Part shown: piece by piece, positions 44,220-52,992 of the stretch | Numbering within the stretch: position 1 is the first letter of the stretch | Layout of the letters: every line of letters starts with the position of its first letter | Source: Candidatus Bipolaricaulota bacterium | Lineage (GTDB): Bacteria > Bipolaricaulota > Bipolaricaulia > RBG-16-55-9 > DRXL01 | Reading direction: 5' to 3' | DNA length: 61,281 nt | Assembly (NCBI GenBank): GCA_030550495.1 | Contig: JAUQPG010000003.1 | Location: 1 to 61,281, forward strand | Program-made: the position numbers and the translations under genes | The notes under the pieces: model-generated | Told to the model about the DNA's origin: nothing | What the model saw: only the letters and a program-made list of their open reading frames with translations | The model's database searches: none

Positions 44220-45556
44220 ACGAGAACGCCTGGGCGCACGAGCTGGCCCGCAAGGCCCGCTACAGAGCCGTGGGTGATCTTGACATGCACCAGCTCTCCA
44301 ATCAGATCTGAAGCCCCCTCGAAGACGACCGTTCTATGATCGCGCGTCTTGCCCATTACAAGCCCCGGAGTGCGTGCCGGGCCTTCCACCAAGACCTCGA
44401 CTGTTTGCCCCACGCGCTTTCTGTTCTCTTCGTCGGTAATTTGCTTTTGCAACGTCAGGAGAATCTCGAGCCGCCGTTGCTTCTCCTCGTCTGGGACGGC
44501 GTCGCGATACTTATAGTATGCGATCGTTCCGGGTCTTGGGGAGTATTTGAAGATGAACGCGCCACCGAAGCGCGCTTGCTTGACTAAATCTACCGTCTCT
44601 TGGAAATCTTCTTTGGTCTCGGTGGGGAAGCCCACGATAATATCTGTTGTGACATTGACGCCGCGCTCGCGTAGCTTGCTGACAAGCTCCAAGAAGCGTT
44701 CTTTCGTATAGCCGCGGCGCATCTCCGCTAAGACTCTATTGCTTCCCGACTGCACCGCCATGTGCACGTGCTCGCAGATATTGTTCTCTTCGCCAAGCAC
44801 AGCGATGACGTCGTCAGTGATATCTTGGGGATGCGAGCTGGTGAAGCGAATCCTGGGGATGGGGATCTCGGTAAGCGCGCGCAAGAGATTCGCGAAGTTG
44901 ATAGTTGGATCTTTGAGATCCTTGCCATAGGAGTCGACGTTTTGTCCAAGCAGTTGGACTTCTTTGTAGCCCTGGGCAGCGAGCTCGCTCACTTCGGAGA
45001 TAATATCGCCGGGGAGGCGGCTGCGCAGCAGCCCCGTCGTGTACGGGACGATGCAGAACGAGCAGAAGTTCGAGCAGCCTTCGGTGATCGTGACTTTGGC
45101 TTGGAAGCGACTTGCGCGCAAGAACGGCAGGTCTTCTATCTTGTCTGGGATCTTGTCGACGGCCAGGATCCAGGTGGGCTTGCCTAAAGCGCGCCGCGCG
45201 CGGGCCTGCTCGATCAATTCTGGAATCTGAGAGATATTGGAGCTTCCAAAGACGAAGTCGATCGCGGGGCTTTGGCGGAAGAGTTTTTCTTTCAGGGCTT
45301 GTGCGACGCAGCCGCCCACGCCTAGCAAGAGATTGGGATTTTTTTCTTTGAGCTGGGCGATGACACCGGCTTCAGATATGATCTTATGGACGGGCTTTTC
45401 CCGCACCATGCACGTGTTAAAGAGCACGACATCGGCGTGGGCGGGGTCATCAGCGGGGAGATACCCCGCGCGGACGAGCACCCCGGCCATGCCTTCAGAT
45501 TTGTGCTCATTCATCTGGCAGCCCCACGTATAGATGTAGAAGCGCTTCGTGCTCAT
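44216..45556 (-). CDS. miaB: tRNA-i6A37 methylthiotransferase
   Basis: MTTase N-terminal domain (YIYTWGCQMNEHKSE), radical-SAM CSNFCSFCIVP, and a TRAM domain. Confidence 0.93.
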   Translation of the reverse strand: MSTKRFYIYTWGCQMNEHKSEGMAGVLVRAGYLPADDPAHADVVLFNTCMVREKPVHKIISEAGVIAQLKEKNPNLLLGVGGCVAQALKEKLFRQSPAIDFVFGSSNISQIPELIEQARARRALGKPTWILAVDKIPDKIEDLPFLRASRFQAKVTITEGCSNFCSFCIVPYTTGLLRSRLPGDIISEVSELAAQGYKEVQLLGQNVDSYGKDLKDPTINFANLLRALTEIPIPRIRFTSSHPQDITDDVIAVLGEENNICEHVHMAVQSGSNRVLAEMRRGYTKERFLELVSKLRERGVNVTTDIIVGFPTETKEDFQETVDLVKQARFGGAFIFKYSPRPGTIAYYKYRDAVPDEEKQRRLEILLTLQKQITDEENRKRVGQTVEVLVEGPARTPGLVMGKTRDHRTVVFEGASDLIGELVHVKITHGSVAGLAGQLVRPGVLV

Positions 45557-45565
45557 AGCTAGTTC

Positions 45566-45594
45566 ACTATAGCAAAGAAAGGTGAGCGGCTCAA
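45566..45594 (-). promoter_or_regulatory. sigma70-type promoter of the miaB operon (leaderless geometry, extended -10)
   Basis: On the minus strand: TTGAGC (45594..45589), 17-bp spacer, TGcTATAGT (45574..45566), 9 nt before the ATG at 45556. Confidence 0.5.
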
Positions 45595-45625
45595 GCGCTC
45601 CCCAGTTACCCCCTGCATCAGAGGG

Positions 45626-45656
45626 TTGTCAGACGTGGGGTTCTCCGTGCTATAAT
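45626..45656 (+). promoter_or_regulatory. promoter of the substrate-binding-protein gene (extended -10)
   Basis: TTGTCA (45626..45631), long 19-bp spacer, TGcTATAAT (45648..45656). It shares the string GTGCTATAATAAG with the 35848 promoter. Confidence 0.5.
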
Positions 45657-45779
45657 AAGCCATATGAGGGTCACGCAGAAAGGAGGTTGGTCACGGGGGT
45701 AAGAGAGCTCTGAGGGCGCCTCATGCTCTCAAGATTCTCAGAATTACTATATTACTATCTAGCAAGGGAGGTTGCAACT

Positions 45780-47192
45780 ATGAGATATTATGTTCGCTTA
45801 CTAGGTGTCGTGGTGGCAGCGTTGGTGTTGCTGGGGCCGCTCACTGCGCAGACACAGCAGCCTATCAGGATCGGAGTAGTGACGGGCTTGGAGATCGCCA
45901 ACGGCCGAGATACGCTCCGCGGGGCGCAGCTTGCTGTAGAAGAGATCAACGCTGCTGGCGGCGTGATGGGCCGCAAGATCGAGCTGGTTGTAGGAGATAT
46001 AAAGACTGAGGGCGATGGGGAGCTCGCGCGCCGCGTCTATCAAGATATCGCTTCTAAAGTCGATGCGATTGTGGGGTTCTTCCGCTCCGAGGCCGTGCTC
46101 GGCATACTCCCTGACATCCCGCGTATGAAGAAGCCCCTCCTCATCACCGGGGCGACTTCTTTAGCCACGGATAGGATCCCCACAGACTACGCCAACTATA
46201 AATACGTCTTCCGCCCCATGCTCAATACGTTCTCGCTGGTGGGGGACACGCTGCGCTTCGCTGGCGACTATCTGTATGGCCTGGTCGAGCGAGGCATCTT
46301 GCCCAATCGTAAGATCTTCCTAGTGGGGGAAGATCTGAGCTCGGCGAACTTGTACATGGCGCTGCTGGGGCCACGCCTGGGCGATCTGGGGTTCGACGTC
46401 GTCAACGCTAAGAGACTCGCTGTGGGTACGAAAGATCTTACGCCCTTGATGACCGAGCTCAAGAGCTCCGGCGCCTCAATTGTCATCACGTTCTTCTCTG
46501 ATCCAGGCCTGGCAGCTGTTTTCACGAAGACTTGGGCCGAGACCAAGACCAAGGTCGCGGTCTTCGGGATCAACGTCTTGCTGCAAGACGACGTGAGCGT
46601 CCGGGAGCTCAAGGGCGCGGGCACGGGCTATGTCATCGCCGACTTCTCCGCCGACGCCCCCGTCACACCAAAGACCAAGGCGTACTTTGCTGCGTTCCAG
46701 AAGAAGTATGGCGTGCGCCCCATCTACACCGCGGGGATCACCTACGACGCAATCTATATCTTAGCTGAAGCCATCAAGAAGACCGGGGGCAAGACCGACG
46801 CTGACTCGCTCGTCCAAGCGTTGGAGTCTTTTGACAAATATGACAACGCATACATTGGCGCGGGCGGGCCCTACTGGTTCTACCCCGTGGCAGGCTTCAA
46901 TCGCACCGAGCCAATAACCCTCAAGACCGAAGCCGGTGAGCTCAAGTTCGCCAATTGTCTGTCGGCGGGGATCACCGAGCTGTGCTTTAAGAACCCGCAC
47001 GACGTGGGCTGGGGCTTCAGCAGGCTGAAAGACAAGCCCACGATCTTCGATGGATTGCGTGCGGTCTGGACGCAGATCGGTCCCCTGGCTGCCGATGGCA
47101 CGTTTGATCGCCAGCTCCTCTATCCAGGGGAGTTCTCGGCTAAGCCTGAGGATCCGCTGAGCATCTATCAGTTGCCGCCGCACATGAGATAA
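45780..47192 (+). CDS. ABC transporter substrate-binding protein, LivK/Peripla_BP_6 type (orphan, with no adjacent permease)
   Basis: The start is taken at MRYYVRLLGVVVAALVLLGPLTAQ, with GGGAGG 8 nt upstream. Type I periplasmic-binding fold pattern (IRIGVVTGL...GRKIELVVGD). Confidence 0.88.
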   Translation: MRYYVRLLGVVVAALVLLGPLTAQTQQPIRIGVVTGLEIANGRDTLRGAQLAVEEINAAGGVMGRKIELVVGDIKTEGDGELARRVYQDIASKVDAIVGFFRSEAVLGILPDIPRMKKPLLITGATSLATDRIPTDYANYKYVFRPMLNTFSLVGDTLRFAGDYLYGLVERGILPNRKIFLVGEDLSSANLYMALLGPRLGDLGFDVVNAKRLAVGTKDLTPLMTELKSSGASIVITFFSDPGLAAVFTKTWAETKTKVAVFGINVLLQDDVSVRELKGAGTGYVIADFSADAPVTPKTKAYFAAFQKKYGVRPIYTAGITYDAIYILAEAIKKTGGKTDADSLVQALESFDKYDNAYIGAGGPYWFYPVAGFNRTEPITLKTEAGELKFANCLSAGITELCFKNPHDVGWGFSRLKDKPTIFDGLRAVWTQIGPLAADGTFDRQLLYPGEFSAKPEDPLSIYQLPPHMR

Positions 47193-47200
47193 TCTTCAAT

Positions 47201-47255
47201 GGCCCTCACCCCCCTTCTCCTCCCCGTGAGGGAAAGGAACAGCGGGGGTGAGGGC
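47201..47255. repeat. REP-like nested palindrome, copy B
   Basis: GGCCCTCACCCCCC...GGGGGTGAGGGC with a degenerate inner arm. It uses the same outer arms as copies A and D. Confidence 0.75.
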
Positions 47256-47262
47256 TTTTTTT
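47202..47262 (+). terminator. intrinsic terminator formed by REP copy B
   Basis: A perfect 12-bp GC-rich stem pairs GCCCTCACCCCC with GGGGGTGAGGGC and is followed directly by TTTTTTT (47256..47262). It lies 9 nt after the stop codon at 47192. Confidence 0.8.
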
Positions 47263-47333
47263 GTGACTTGCGCACGGGAGGCGGTTTCTATTAAGATTCT
47301 GAGGGGCGTTGTCCCCCAAAGGGAGGTTTGTCT

Positions 47334-48488
47334 ATGGACTTTGAACTGAGCGAGGAGCACAAACTCATCCGTAAGACAGCTCGGAAGTTCGCCGAAGAAG
47401 TAATCCGTCCCGCCGCCAAACACTACGACGAGACGTGCGAGTACCCCTATGAGATCGTCGAAGAAGCCAAGAAATTAGATCTGATTGCCCCAGCGATCCC
47501 CGAAAAGTACGGTGGGGCGGGGCTGGACTTCCTCGCCGCGGCGATCGTGATCGAAGAATTATTCCGTGGCGATCCAGGGATTGGCCTAGCCATCACGGCT
47601 CGGATCTTTGGCAGCGATATGATCCTAGAGTTCGGCACGGAAGAGCAGAGACAGAAATATCTCGTCCCAGTAGCTAAGGGCGACTGGGTCTGCGGCGCAG
47701 CGATCACCGAACCCGAAGCGGGCAGCGACGTCGCGTCTATAAAGACGCGTGCGGAGAAGAAGGGCAACAAATACGTGCTGAACGGGACGAAGATGTTCAT
47801 CACCAACGGTTCGATTGCAAACTTTTTGATCGTCTTTGCTCGAACGAATCCCAATCCCCCGGAGCGCCATGGGGGCATCACGGCGTTCATTGTCGAGCGC
47901 GATCGTCCCGGCTTCAAAGCCACGCCCATTCATAATAAGATGGGCATCCGCGCGTCAGACCTCGCCGAGATCACTCTTGATAACGTTGAAGTCCCTGAAG
48001 AGAACATTGTTGGGCAAGTCGACATGGCCTTCTATCACTTGATGACGTTCTTCTCGCGCGGGCGCACAGCTGTCGCGGCGCAGGGCGTCGGGATTGCCCA
48101 GGGGGCATTCGATGAGGCGTTGAAATACTCCCAAGAGCGCGTGCAGTTTGGTCGGCCTATCTGTGAGTTCCAAGCGATTCAGTTTAAGCTCGCGGAGATG
48201 GCCACAGAGATCGAAGCCGCTCGTCTGTTAACCTACCAAGCCGCGTGGGAGATCAGCAAGGGCGGCAATCCCGCGAAGCTCGCCTCGATGGCCAAATTGT
48301 ATGCGGGCAAAGTCGCCCGTGAAGTTGCTAACGAAGCCCTGCAGATTCACGGCGGCTACGGGTTCATCAAGGAGTACGATGTCGAGCGGTTCTATCGCGA
48401 CGCGAAGATCACCGAACTCTACGAAGGGACAAGCGAGATTCAGAAATTAATTATCGCGCGGGCGCTCTTGGGGAAGATCCCAGGGTAG
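47334..48488 (+). CDS. acyl-CoA dehydrogenase
   Basis: The start is taken at the ATG at 47334 (MDFELSEEHKLIRK), with GGGAGG upstream. Full ACAD pattern with C-terminal YEGTSEIQ. Confidence 0.93.
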   Translation: MDFELSEEHKLIRKTARKFAEEVIRPAAKHYDETCEYPYEIVEEAKKLDLIAPAIPEKYGGAGLDFLAAAIVIEELFRGDPGIGLAITARIFGSDMILEFGTEEQRQKYLVPVAKGDWVCGAAITEPEAGSDVASIKTRAEKKGNKYVLNGTKMFITNGSIANFLIVFARTNPNPPERHGGITAFIVERDRPGFKATPIHNKMGIRASDLAEITLDNVEVPEENIVGQVDMAFYHLMTFFSRGRTAVAAQGVGIAQGAFDEALKYSQERVQFGRPICEFQAIQFKLAEMATEIEAARLLTYQAAWEISKGGNPAKLASMAKLYAGKVAREVANEALQIHGGYGFIKEYDVERFYRDAKITELYEGTSEIQKLIIARALLGKIPG

Positions 48489-48549
48489 AAGGCTTCGCCT
48501 GAACTATTTGTCTGTCTTGGCCAGCCGGTGACTCAGCCGCTGGGAAAAT

Positions 48550-49464
48550 ATGAATGTTATCTTTGTCGGCACGGCGCCACTGGGGATTCCCACGCTGCGC
48601 GCGCTCGCGCAAAAACACACAGTGCTTGCGGTCTTCACCCAGCCGGATCGCCCTGCGGGGCGGGGGCTCACACTAACTCCTCCCCCGATCAAGAGAGTCG
48701 CTCTGGAGTTGAGCTTGCCCGTCTACCAGCCGGAGAAGATCAACCGCGAAGTCGAGCTTATCAAGGCCCTAAATCCCGACGTGATCGTCGTCGTGGCGTT
48801 TGGGCAATTTCTTTCCAAAAGGCTCTTAGCGATCCCAAAGTTCGGGTGCATTAATCTCCATGCGTCGCTTCTGCCCAAGTATCGCGGGGCTGCGCCCATT
48901 CAGTGGGCGATCATCAACGGCGAGACCGAGACGGGCTTGACGACGTTTCTCTTGAACGAAGAGATGGACGCCGGAGATATTCTGCTCCAAGAGAGAGTTC
49001 CTATCAGCGACGAAGACACGGCGGGGACGCTGCACGACAAATTAGCTGAGCTAGGGCCTGATCTGGTATTGCGCACCCTTGAAGGGCTTGAGCAGGGCAC
49101 GCTCACCCCGCGCCCGCAAGATCCCTCCCAGGCGACGTTCGCCCCCAAGATTGACGGCACGATGGGCCAGATAGACTGGAGCCAGCCCGCGCGCAAGCTC
49201 TTCAATCTCATTCGGGGGCTCAACCCCTCTCCAGGGGCGTATACGTTCTGGGAGGGGCAACGCCTCAAGCTCTACGCCAGTCGCGTGGTACCGAGTAGTT
49301 CGATCTTCCCCCCAGGCTGCGTGATCGACGCGGAGCGCCTTCTCGTGCGCTGCGGGGAAGATGCGCTCGAGTTACTAGAAGTCCAGCCCGCGGGCAAGCG
49401 CCGCATGAGCGCGAGAGATTTCGTCAACGGCTACAAGATTCGGATGGGAATGAGATTTGGATGA
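48550..49464 (+). CDS. fmt: methionyl-tRNA formyltransferase
   Basis: MNVIFVGT...QPDRPAGRG...HASLLPKYRGAAPIQWAI and the C-terminal Fmt domain. Confidence 0.93.
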   Translation: MNVIFVGTAPLGIPTLRALAQKHTVLAVFTQPDRPAGRGLTLTPPPIKRVALELSLPVYQPEKINREVELIKALNPDVIVVVAFGQFLSKRLLAIPKFGCINLHASLLPKYRGAAPIQWAIINGETETGLTTFLLNEEMDAGDILLQERVPISDEDTAGTLHDKLAELGPDLVLRTLEGLEQGTLTPRPQDPSQATFAPKIDGTMGQIDWSQPARKLFNLIRGLNPSPGAYTFWEGQRLKLYASRVVPSSSIFPPGCVIDAERLLVRCGEDALELLEVQPAGKRRMSARDFVNGYKIRMGMRFG

Positions 49465-50594
49465 GCACAAGGGTTATCGTGCTTGGCGTAGGCATGGTGG
49501 GGCGAGCTATTGCGCTCGATCTCGCCCAACGCTATGACGTCACGGCAGTAGATAGAGACGCCCATCGGCTCGCGCAGCTCGCAAAAGAAGCTCCCATCCA
49601 AACTGTCACCGCAGATCTCTCTCACGTCGAAACTGTCAAGAAGCTCGTGGCTGATTATGATCTCGTGATCGGAGCCATGCCGGGATTCTTGGGCTTCCCA
49701 ACGCTCAAGGCCGTCATCGAGAGCGCGAAAGATATCGTTGATATCTCGTTCTTCGCCGAAGACCCGTTTCAGCTCGACGCGCTCGCCAAAGACAAGAACG
49801 TTACGGCCGTGATCGACTGTGGCGTCGCCCCCGGCATGGGCAATATTCTCTTGGGGTATCATAACGCGAGAATGCAAGTCGAGCGTTACGAATGTTTGGT
49901 CGGCGGGCTGCCCGTGAGGCGCAGCTGGCCTTACCAATACAAAGCCCCATTTTCGCCCCTAGACGTCATCGAGGAGTACACGCGCCCGGCGCGCTTGGTC
50001 ATAGACGGCAAACTCATAACGCGCGAGGCGCTCTCCGACCCAGAGTATATTGAATTTGACGAGATCGGCACGCTGGAGGCGTTCAACACCGATGGGCTGC
50101 GCACGCTCTTACAAACAATGAGAATCCCAAACATGCGCGAGAAGACGCTGCGCTATCCAGGGCACATCGAATATATCAAAGTGTTGCGCGAGACGGGGTT
50201 CTTCAGCAAAGAGCCCATCGAGATCAACGGCATGAAGATCCGCCCCCTAGACGTGACAGCGAAGCTGCTCTTCCCCAAGTGGCGGCTTGAGCCCGACGAA
50301 CCAGAGTTCACGATCATGCGAGTCACTATTGAGGGCATCGAGAACGGCAAGCGCAAAGAGTACGTCTATGAGCTTGTCGATCGCTTCGATCCCAAGACGA
50401 AGATATCTTCGATGGCGCGCACGACAGGCTATACCTGCACGGCCGTAGCGACGCTCATACTCGAAGGGATTTTCACGCAGAAGGGGATCATCCCGCCAGA
50501 GTATATCGGGGCCGATGAGCGGTGCTTTCAAGCTGTGCTGGAGTATCAACGGGAGAGAAATATTCGCTACAAGCGTAGCGAAAGAGTTCTCTAA
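49461..50594 (+). CDS. saccharopine dehydrogenase-family NAD(P)-binding oxidoreductase
   Basis: N-terminal VIVLGVGMVGRAIALDL Rossmann motif and the Sacchrp_dh C-terminal pattern. Start overlaps the fmt stop. Confidence 0.75.
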   Translation: MSTRVIVLGVGMVGRAIALDLAQRYDVTAVDRDAHRLAQLAKEAPIQTVTADLSHVETVKKLVADYDLVIGAMPGFLGFPTLKAVIESAKDIVDISFFAEDPFQLDALAKDKNVTAVIDCGVAPGMGNILLGYHNARMQVERYECLVGGLPVRRSWPYQYKAPFSPLDVIEEYTRPARLVIDGKLITREALSDPEYIEFDEIGTLEAFNTDGLRTLLQTMRIPNMREKTLRYPGHIEYIKVLRETGFFSKEPIEINGMKIRPLDVTAKLLFPKWRLEPDEPEFTIMRVTIEGIENGKRKEYVYELVDRFDPKTKISSMARTTGYTCTAVATLILEGIFTQKGIIPPEYIGADERCFQAVLEYQRERNIRYKRSERVL

Positions 50595-51004
50595 GACGAA
50601 CGTGGATATAACCCCCACAGCCCGCTGGGCTCTTGCCGGCGCTCCATCACGATTCTTTCGAGCTTTCTGATGTAGATCTCGTTGGTCTCATGTACGGTCG
50701 CCTTGGATAAGTGCCCGCCCACGGTTGAGCCGTCTTCTAAGCCCAGGACAGCATGGCAGTGAATGTGCGACTTGCCCTCACGTAGCGAGAAATTCCCCTG
50801 AAGCGACAGAAGCTCCGCCGGCCCAGCGACTTTGTGCTCTTTGTACTCCTTCCCAGTCCAGTATGCAAGTGTCACGTCGCGCAACATCCCGACTCCGCAG
50901 ACGATCGCTCCGGCTGTCAGCCCAAGCGAGCCGAGCGACTCAAAAAAGTCCTCCCCCGGCTGCAATCGGACTATAATATCTTGCCCGGATTCGGCGACGA
51001 ACAT
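50591..51004 (-). CDS. PPC (DUF296) domain protein
   Basis: LQPGEDFFESL...GAIVCGVGMLRDVTL...LSLQGNFS...HIHCHAVL, a pattern typical of PPC/DUF296. Confidence 0.75.
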   Translation of the reverse strand: MFVAESGQDIIVRLQPGEDFFESLGSLGLTAGAIVCGVGMLRDVTLAYWTGKEYKEHKVAGPAELLSLQGNFSLREGKSHIHCHAVLGLEDGSTVGGHLSKATVHETNEIYIRKLERIVMERRQEPSGLWGLYPRSS

Positions 51005-51006
51005 AC

Positions 51007-51675
51007 TTACTTGTCACTCCAGAAGTACCCGTTCATAAACCCAATTCTCGTTAAGGGCCAAACCCTCAAGAACGGCTCCCCGATAAAGTCTTTCTCCGGG
51101 AACGGCCCCCAGTAGCGACTGTCATAGCTATTATGAGTGTTGTCCCCGAGCACGAAATAGTACCCTTCGGGCACATCCCAGCTCTCCTGCCCCGCCGACG
51201 AGTAGCAACTCCTCCGGGGATTGGGATGGCCAGGATGGTTGAATGCGTCATCTGTGAGGGGCTGGCCATTCACATACGCTGTGCAGTCCCTGATCTGCAC
51301 CGTTGCCGGCCCAATCGCAATCAGTCTCTTCACCAAGCGATCGCACTTGCCCATATCGCACCGCCAGAAGACGATGATATCCCCCGGCTTGGGCCTGCGA
51401 AAGTGATACGTCAGCATATCGACGAAGAAGCTGTCGCCGGGCATGATCGTGGGCTCCATCGAGCCCGTGGGCACGTAGACCCGCGCAACGGCATAGTTGA
51501 CCGTGACGATCGTGATGAGCACGGCCAGCCCCAGGGTCCCTACCCAGTCGAGCACCCAGTCGATCCCGGATGTCGTAGGCACGCCCAGACTATTGAGCAA
51601 TCGCGAGAGCCAGGGCTTGCGCCCCACAGGATCTTCTTTCACGTCCACAGAGCTGGGGGTGTTGGGATCGAACAT
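51007..51675 (-). CDS. lepB: signal peptidase I
   Basis: VPTGSMEPTI, VKRLIAIGP, and VLGDNTHNSYDSRYWG. The start is taken at MFDPNTPSS to remove the overlap with the MFS gene. Confidence 0.9.
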   Translation of the reverse strand: MFDPNTPSSVDVKEDPVGRKPWLSRLLNSLGVPTTSGIDWVLDWVGTLGLAVLITIVTVNYAVARVYVPTGSMEPTIMPGDSFFVDMLTYHFRRPKPGDIIVFWRCDMGKCDRLVKRLIAIGPATVQIRDCTAYVNGQPLTDDAFNHPGHPNPRRSCYSSAGQESWDVPEGYYFVLGDNTHNSYDSRYWGPFPEKDFIGEPFLRVWPLTRIGFMNGYFWSDK

Positions 51676-51679
51676 AGCT

Positions 51680-52795
51680 TTAGCATAGCAAGCTCGAAGA
51701 TGCCCTGCAAGCGCGAGCCCGCACCAGGCTGATGTGCCGATAGAGAAACGCGATGAACGCCAAAGCCGCACCGACGTAAATCAAGGCGTAATACCCACCG
51801 ATGGATACGATAGCTGCCCCAAGCGCCGGCCCAACCACCATGGAGATATTAAGCACGGATGTGAAGATCGCTGAGGCTGCACCGGGATTGGGGCTTCCCT
51901 CTGTCGCTGCTCTGAGACCCCCCACGTAGAGCGTCGCCCATGAGATGCCCAAGAGTATCTGCGTCGGCAGAATCCACCAGAAATTCGGGGCGAGCGCGAA
52001 TGTCACAAACGTTACACTCGACAGAAACAACCCCAAGCGTAGCAGCCCCGTGCTCCACCCTCGGTCTGTCAAGAAGTACATCACGAGAAACTGCGTTCCA
52101 CTGTTTATAGCCGAGGTGACGCCGATCCAAAAGTAATCTGCTCCAAGCTTCTGCAAAAAAAGCGGCCAGAAGGCCCAGATCATATGGGCCCCAATGTGTC
52201 GGATCAATACAGAGACAAATGTTGAGCGATGGCGCACGAAGACTTCCCACAGCGATGCGGGCTTTTCGTTACTGTTAGGATCAGGCGGGCGCACCCCAAA
52301 CCGCAGCGCTAACAGATACGCGACAAAAAATAACAGAGACGCTGCGACGAACGTCCCGCGAATCGTAAAATACGTCGCAATCGCCCCTGAGAGTAATGAC
52401 CCGGCGGTCCAGCCCAACGACCCGAACGCCGAGAACCGCCCCAAGCGCTCTTTCGATGCTTGCACATGGGAGATGAGCGCTGCCGGATAGACTCCCAGCG
52501 CCAAGCCGTTGAGCACGCGGAAGAACACGAGCGATCCAAAATCGGAGGCGAAGATCTGTAACAGAGTCGAGATCGCGGAAGCCAACAACCCATAGACGAT
52601 GAAGGCGCGCGTCCCATAGCGATCCGCGGCGTGCCCGCAGATCAAATTCGTGATGACGACCGCCAAGCTCGCGATCGCTGCCAGCAGCCCAACCCCGACA
52701 TCATCAGCGCCAAGCTGATGGGCGTAGAGTGGGATGAACGTCCCGGCAATCGTTGCTGCAGTTGTCGCGAGAAAATTAGCGAGACGGGCCCTCAT
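51680..52795 (-). CDS. MFS transporter
   Basis: Twelve-TM pattern with GHAADRYGTR-type loop 2-3 motif. Confidence 0.85.
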   Translation of the reverse strand: MRARLANFLATTAATIAGTFIPLYAHQLGADDVGVGLLAAIASLAVVITNLICGHAADRYGTRAFIVYGLLASAISTLLQIFASDFGSLVFFRVLNGLALGVYPAALISHVQASKERLGRFSAFGSLGWTAGSLLSGAIATYFTIRGTFVAASLLFFVAYLLALRFGVRPPDPNSNEKPASLWEVFVRHRSTFVSVLIRHIGAHMIWAFWPLFLQKLGADYFWIGVTSAINSGTQFLVMYFLTDRGWSTGLLRLGLFLSSVTFVTFALAPNFWWILPTQILLGISWATLYVGGLRAATEGSPNPGAASAIFTSVLNISMVVGPALGAAIVSIGGYYALIYVGAALAFIAFLYRHISLVRARACRASSSLLC

Positions 52796-52842
52796 AGGCG
52801 TCCCGCCCTTGATAGACTCATAGGAGCAGCATCACCAAAAAA

Positions 52843-52871
52843 ATTATGCCAGAGACTTCATCGAAGCGCAA
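52843..52871 (-). promoter_or_regulatory. possible promoter for the MFS-lepB unit
   Basis: On the minus strand: TTGCGC (52871..52866), 17-bp spacer, TGgCATAAT (52851..52843). It sits back to back with the aapJ promoter. Confidence 0.3.
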
Positions 52872-52872
52872 C

Positions 52873-52901
52873 TTGGCAACTCTGGGCAATCTGATTATAA
52901 T
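52873..52901 (+). promoter_or_regulatory. sigma70-type promoter of the amino-acid ABC transporter operon
   Basis: TTGGCA (52873..52878), 17-bp spacer, TATAAT (52896..52901). It predicts a leader of about 85 nt. Confidence 0.55.
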
Positions 52902-52992
52902 TTTACTGAAAGGAGGTGAGAATCGCTTCATATTCGATAGCCTCATATTCGTTCATTACTTACATTACTTAAAACTCAGAGGAGGGGTTCAC

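Noticed and set aside
47196-47423. A 75-aa minus-strand ORF ends in ...HGEEKGGEGH.
   Set aside because: It is read through REP copy B and the acyl-CoA dehydrogenase upstream region. The GEG-type tail is the signature of translating the palindrome, not of a gene.
52915-52971. An 18-codon mini-ORF (GTG AGA ATC ... TAA, reading MRIASYSIASYSFITYIT) might be a leader peptide for the amino-acid transporter.
   Set aside because: The GTG shares its first base with the last G of GGAGG, so there is no spacing for initiation. I regard the GGAGG as a STAB-SD-like element instead.
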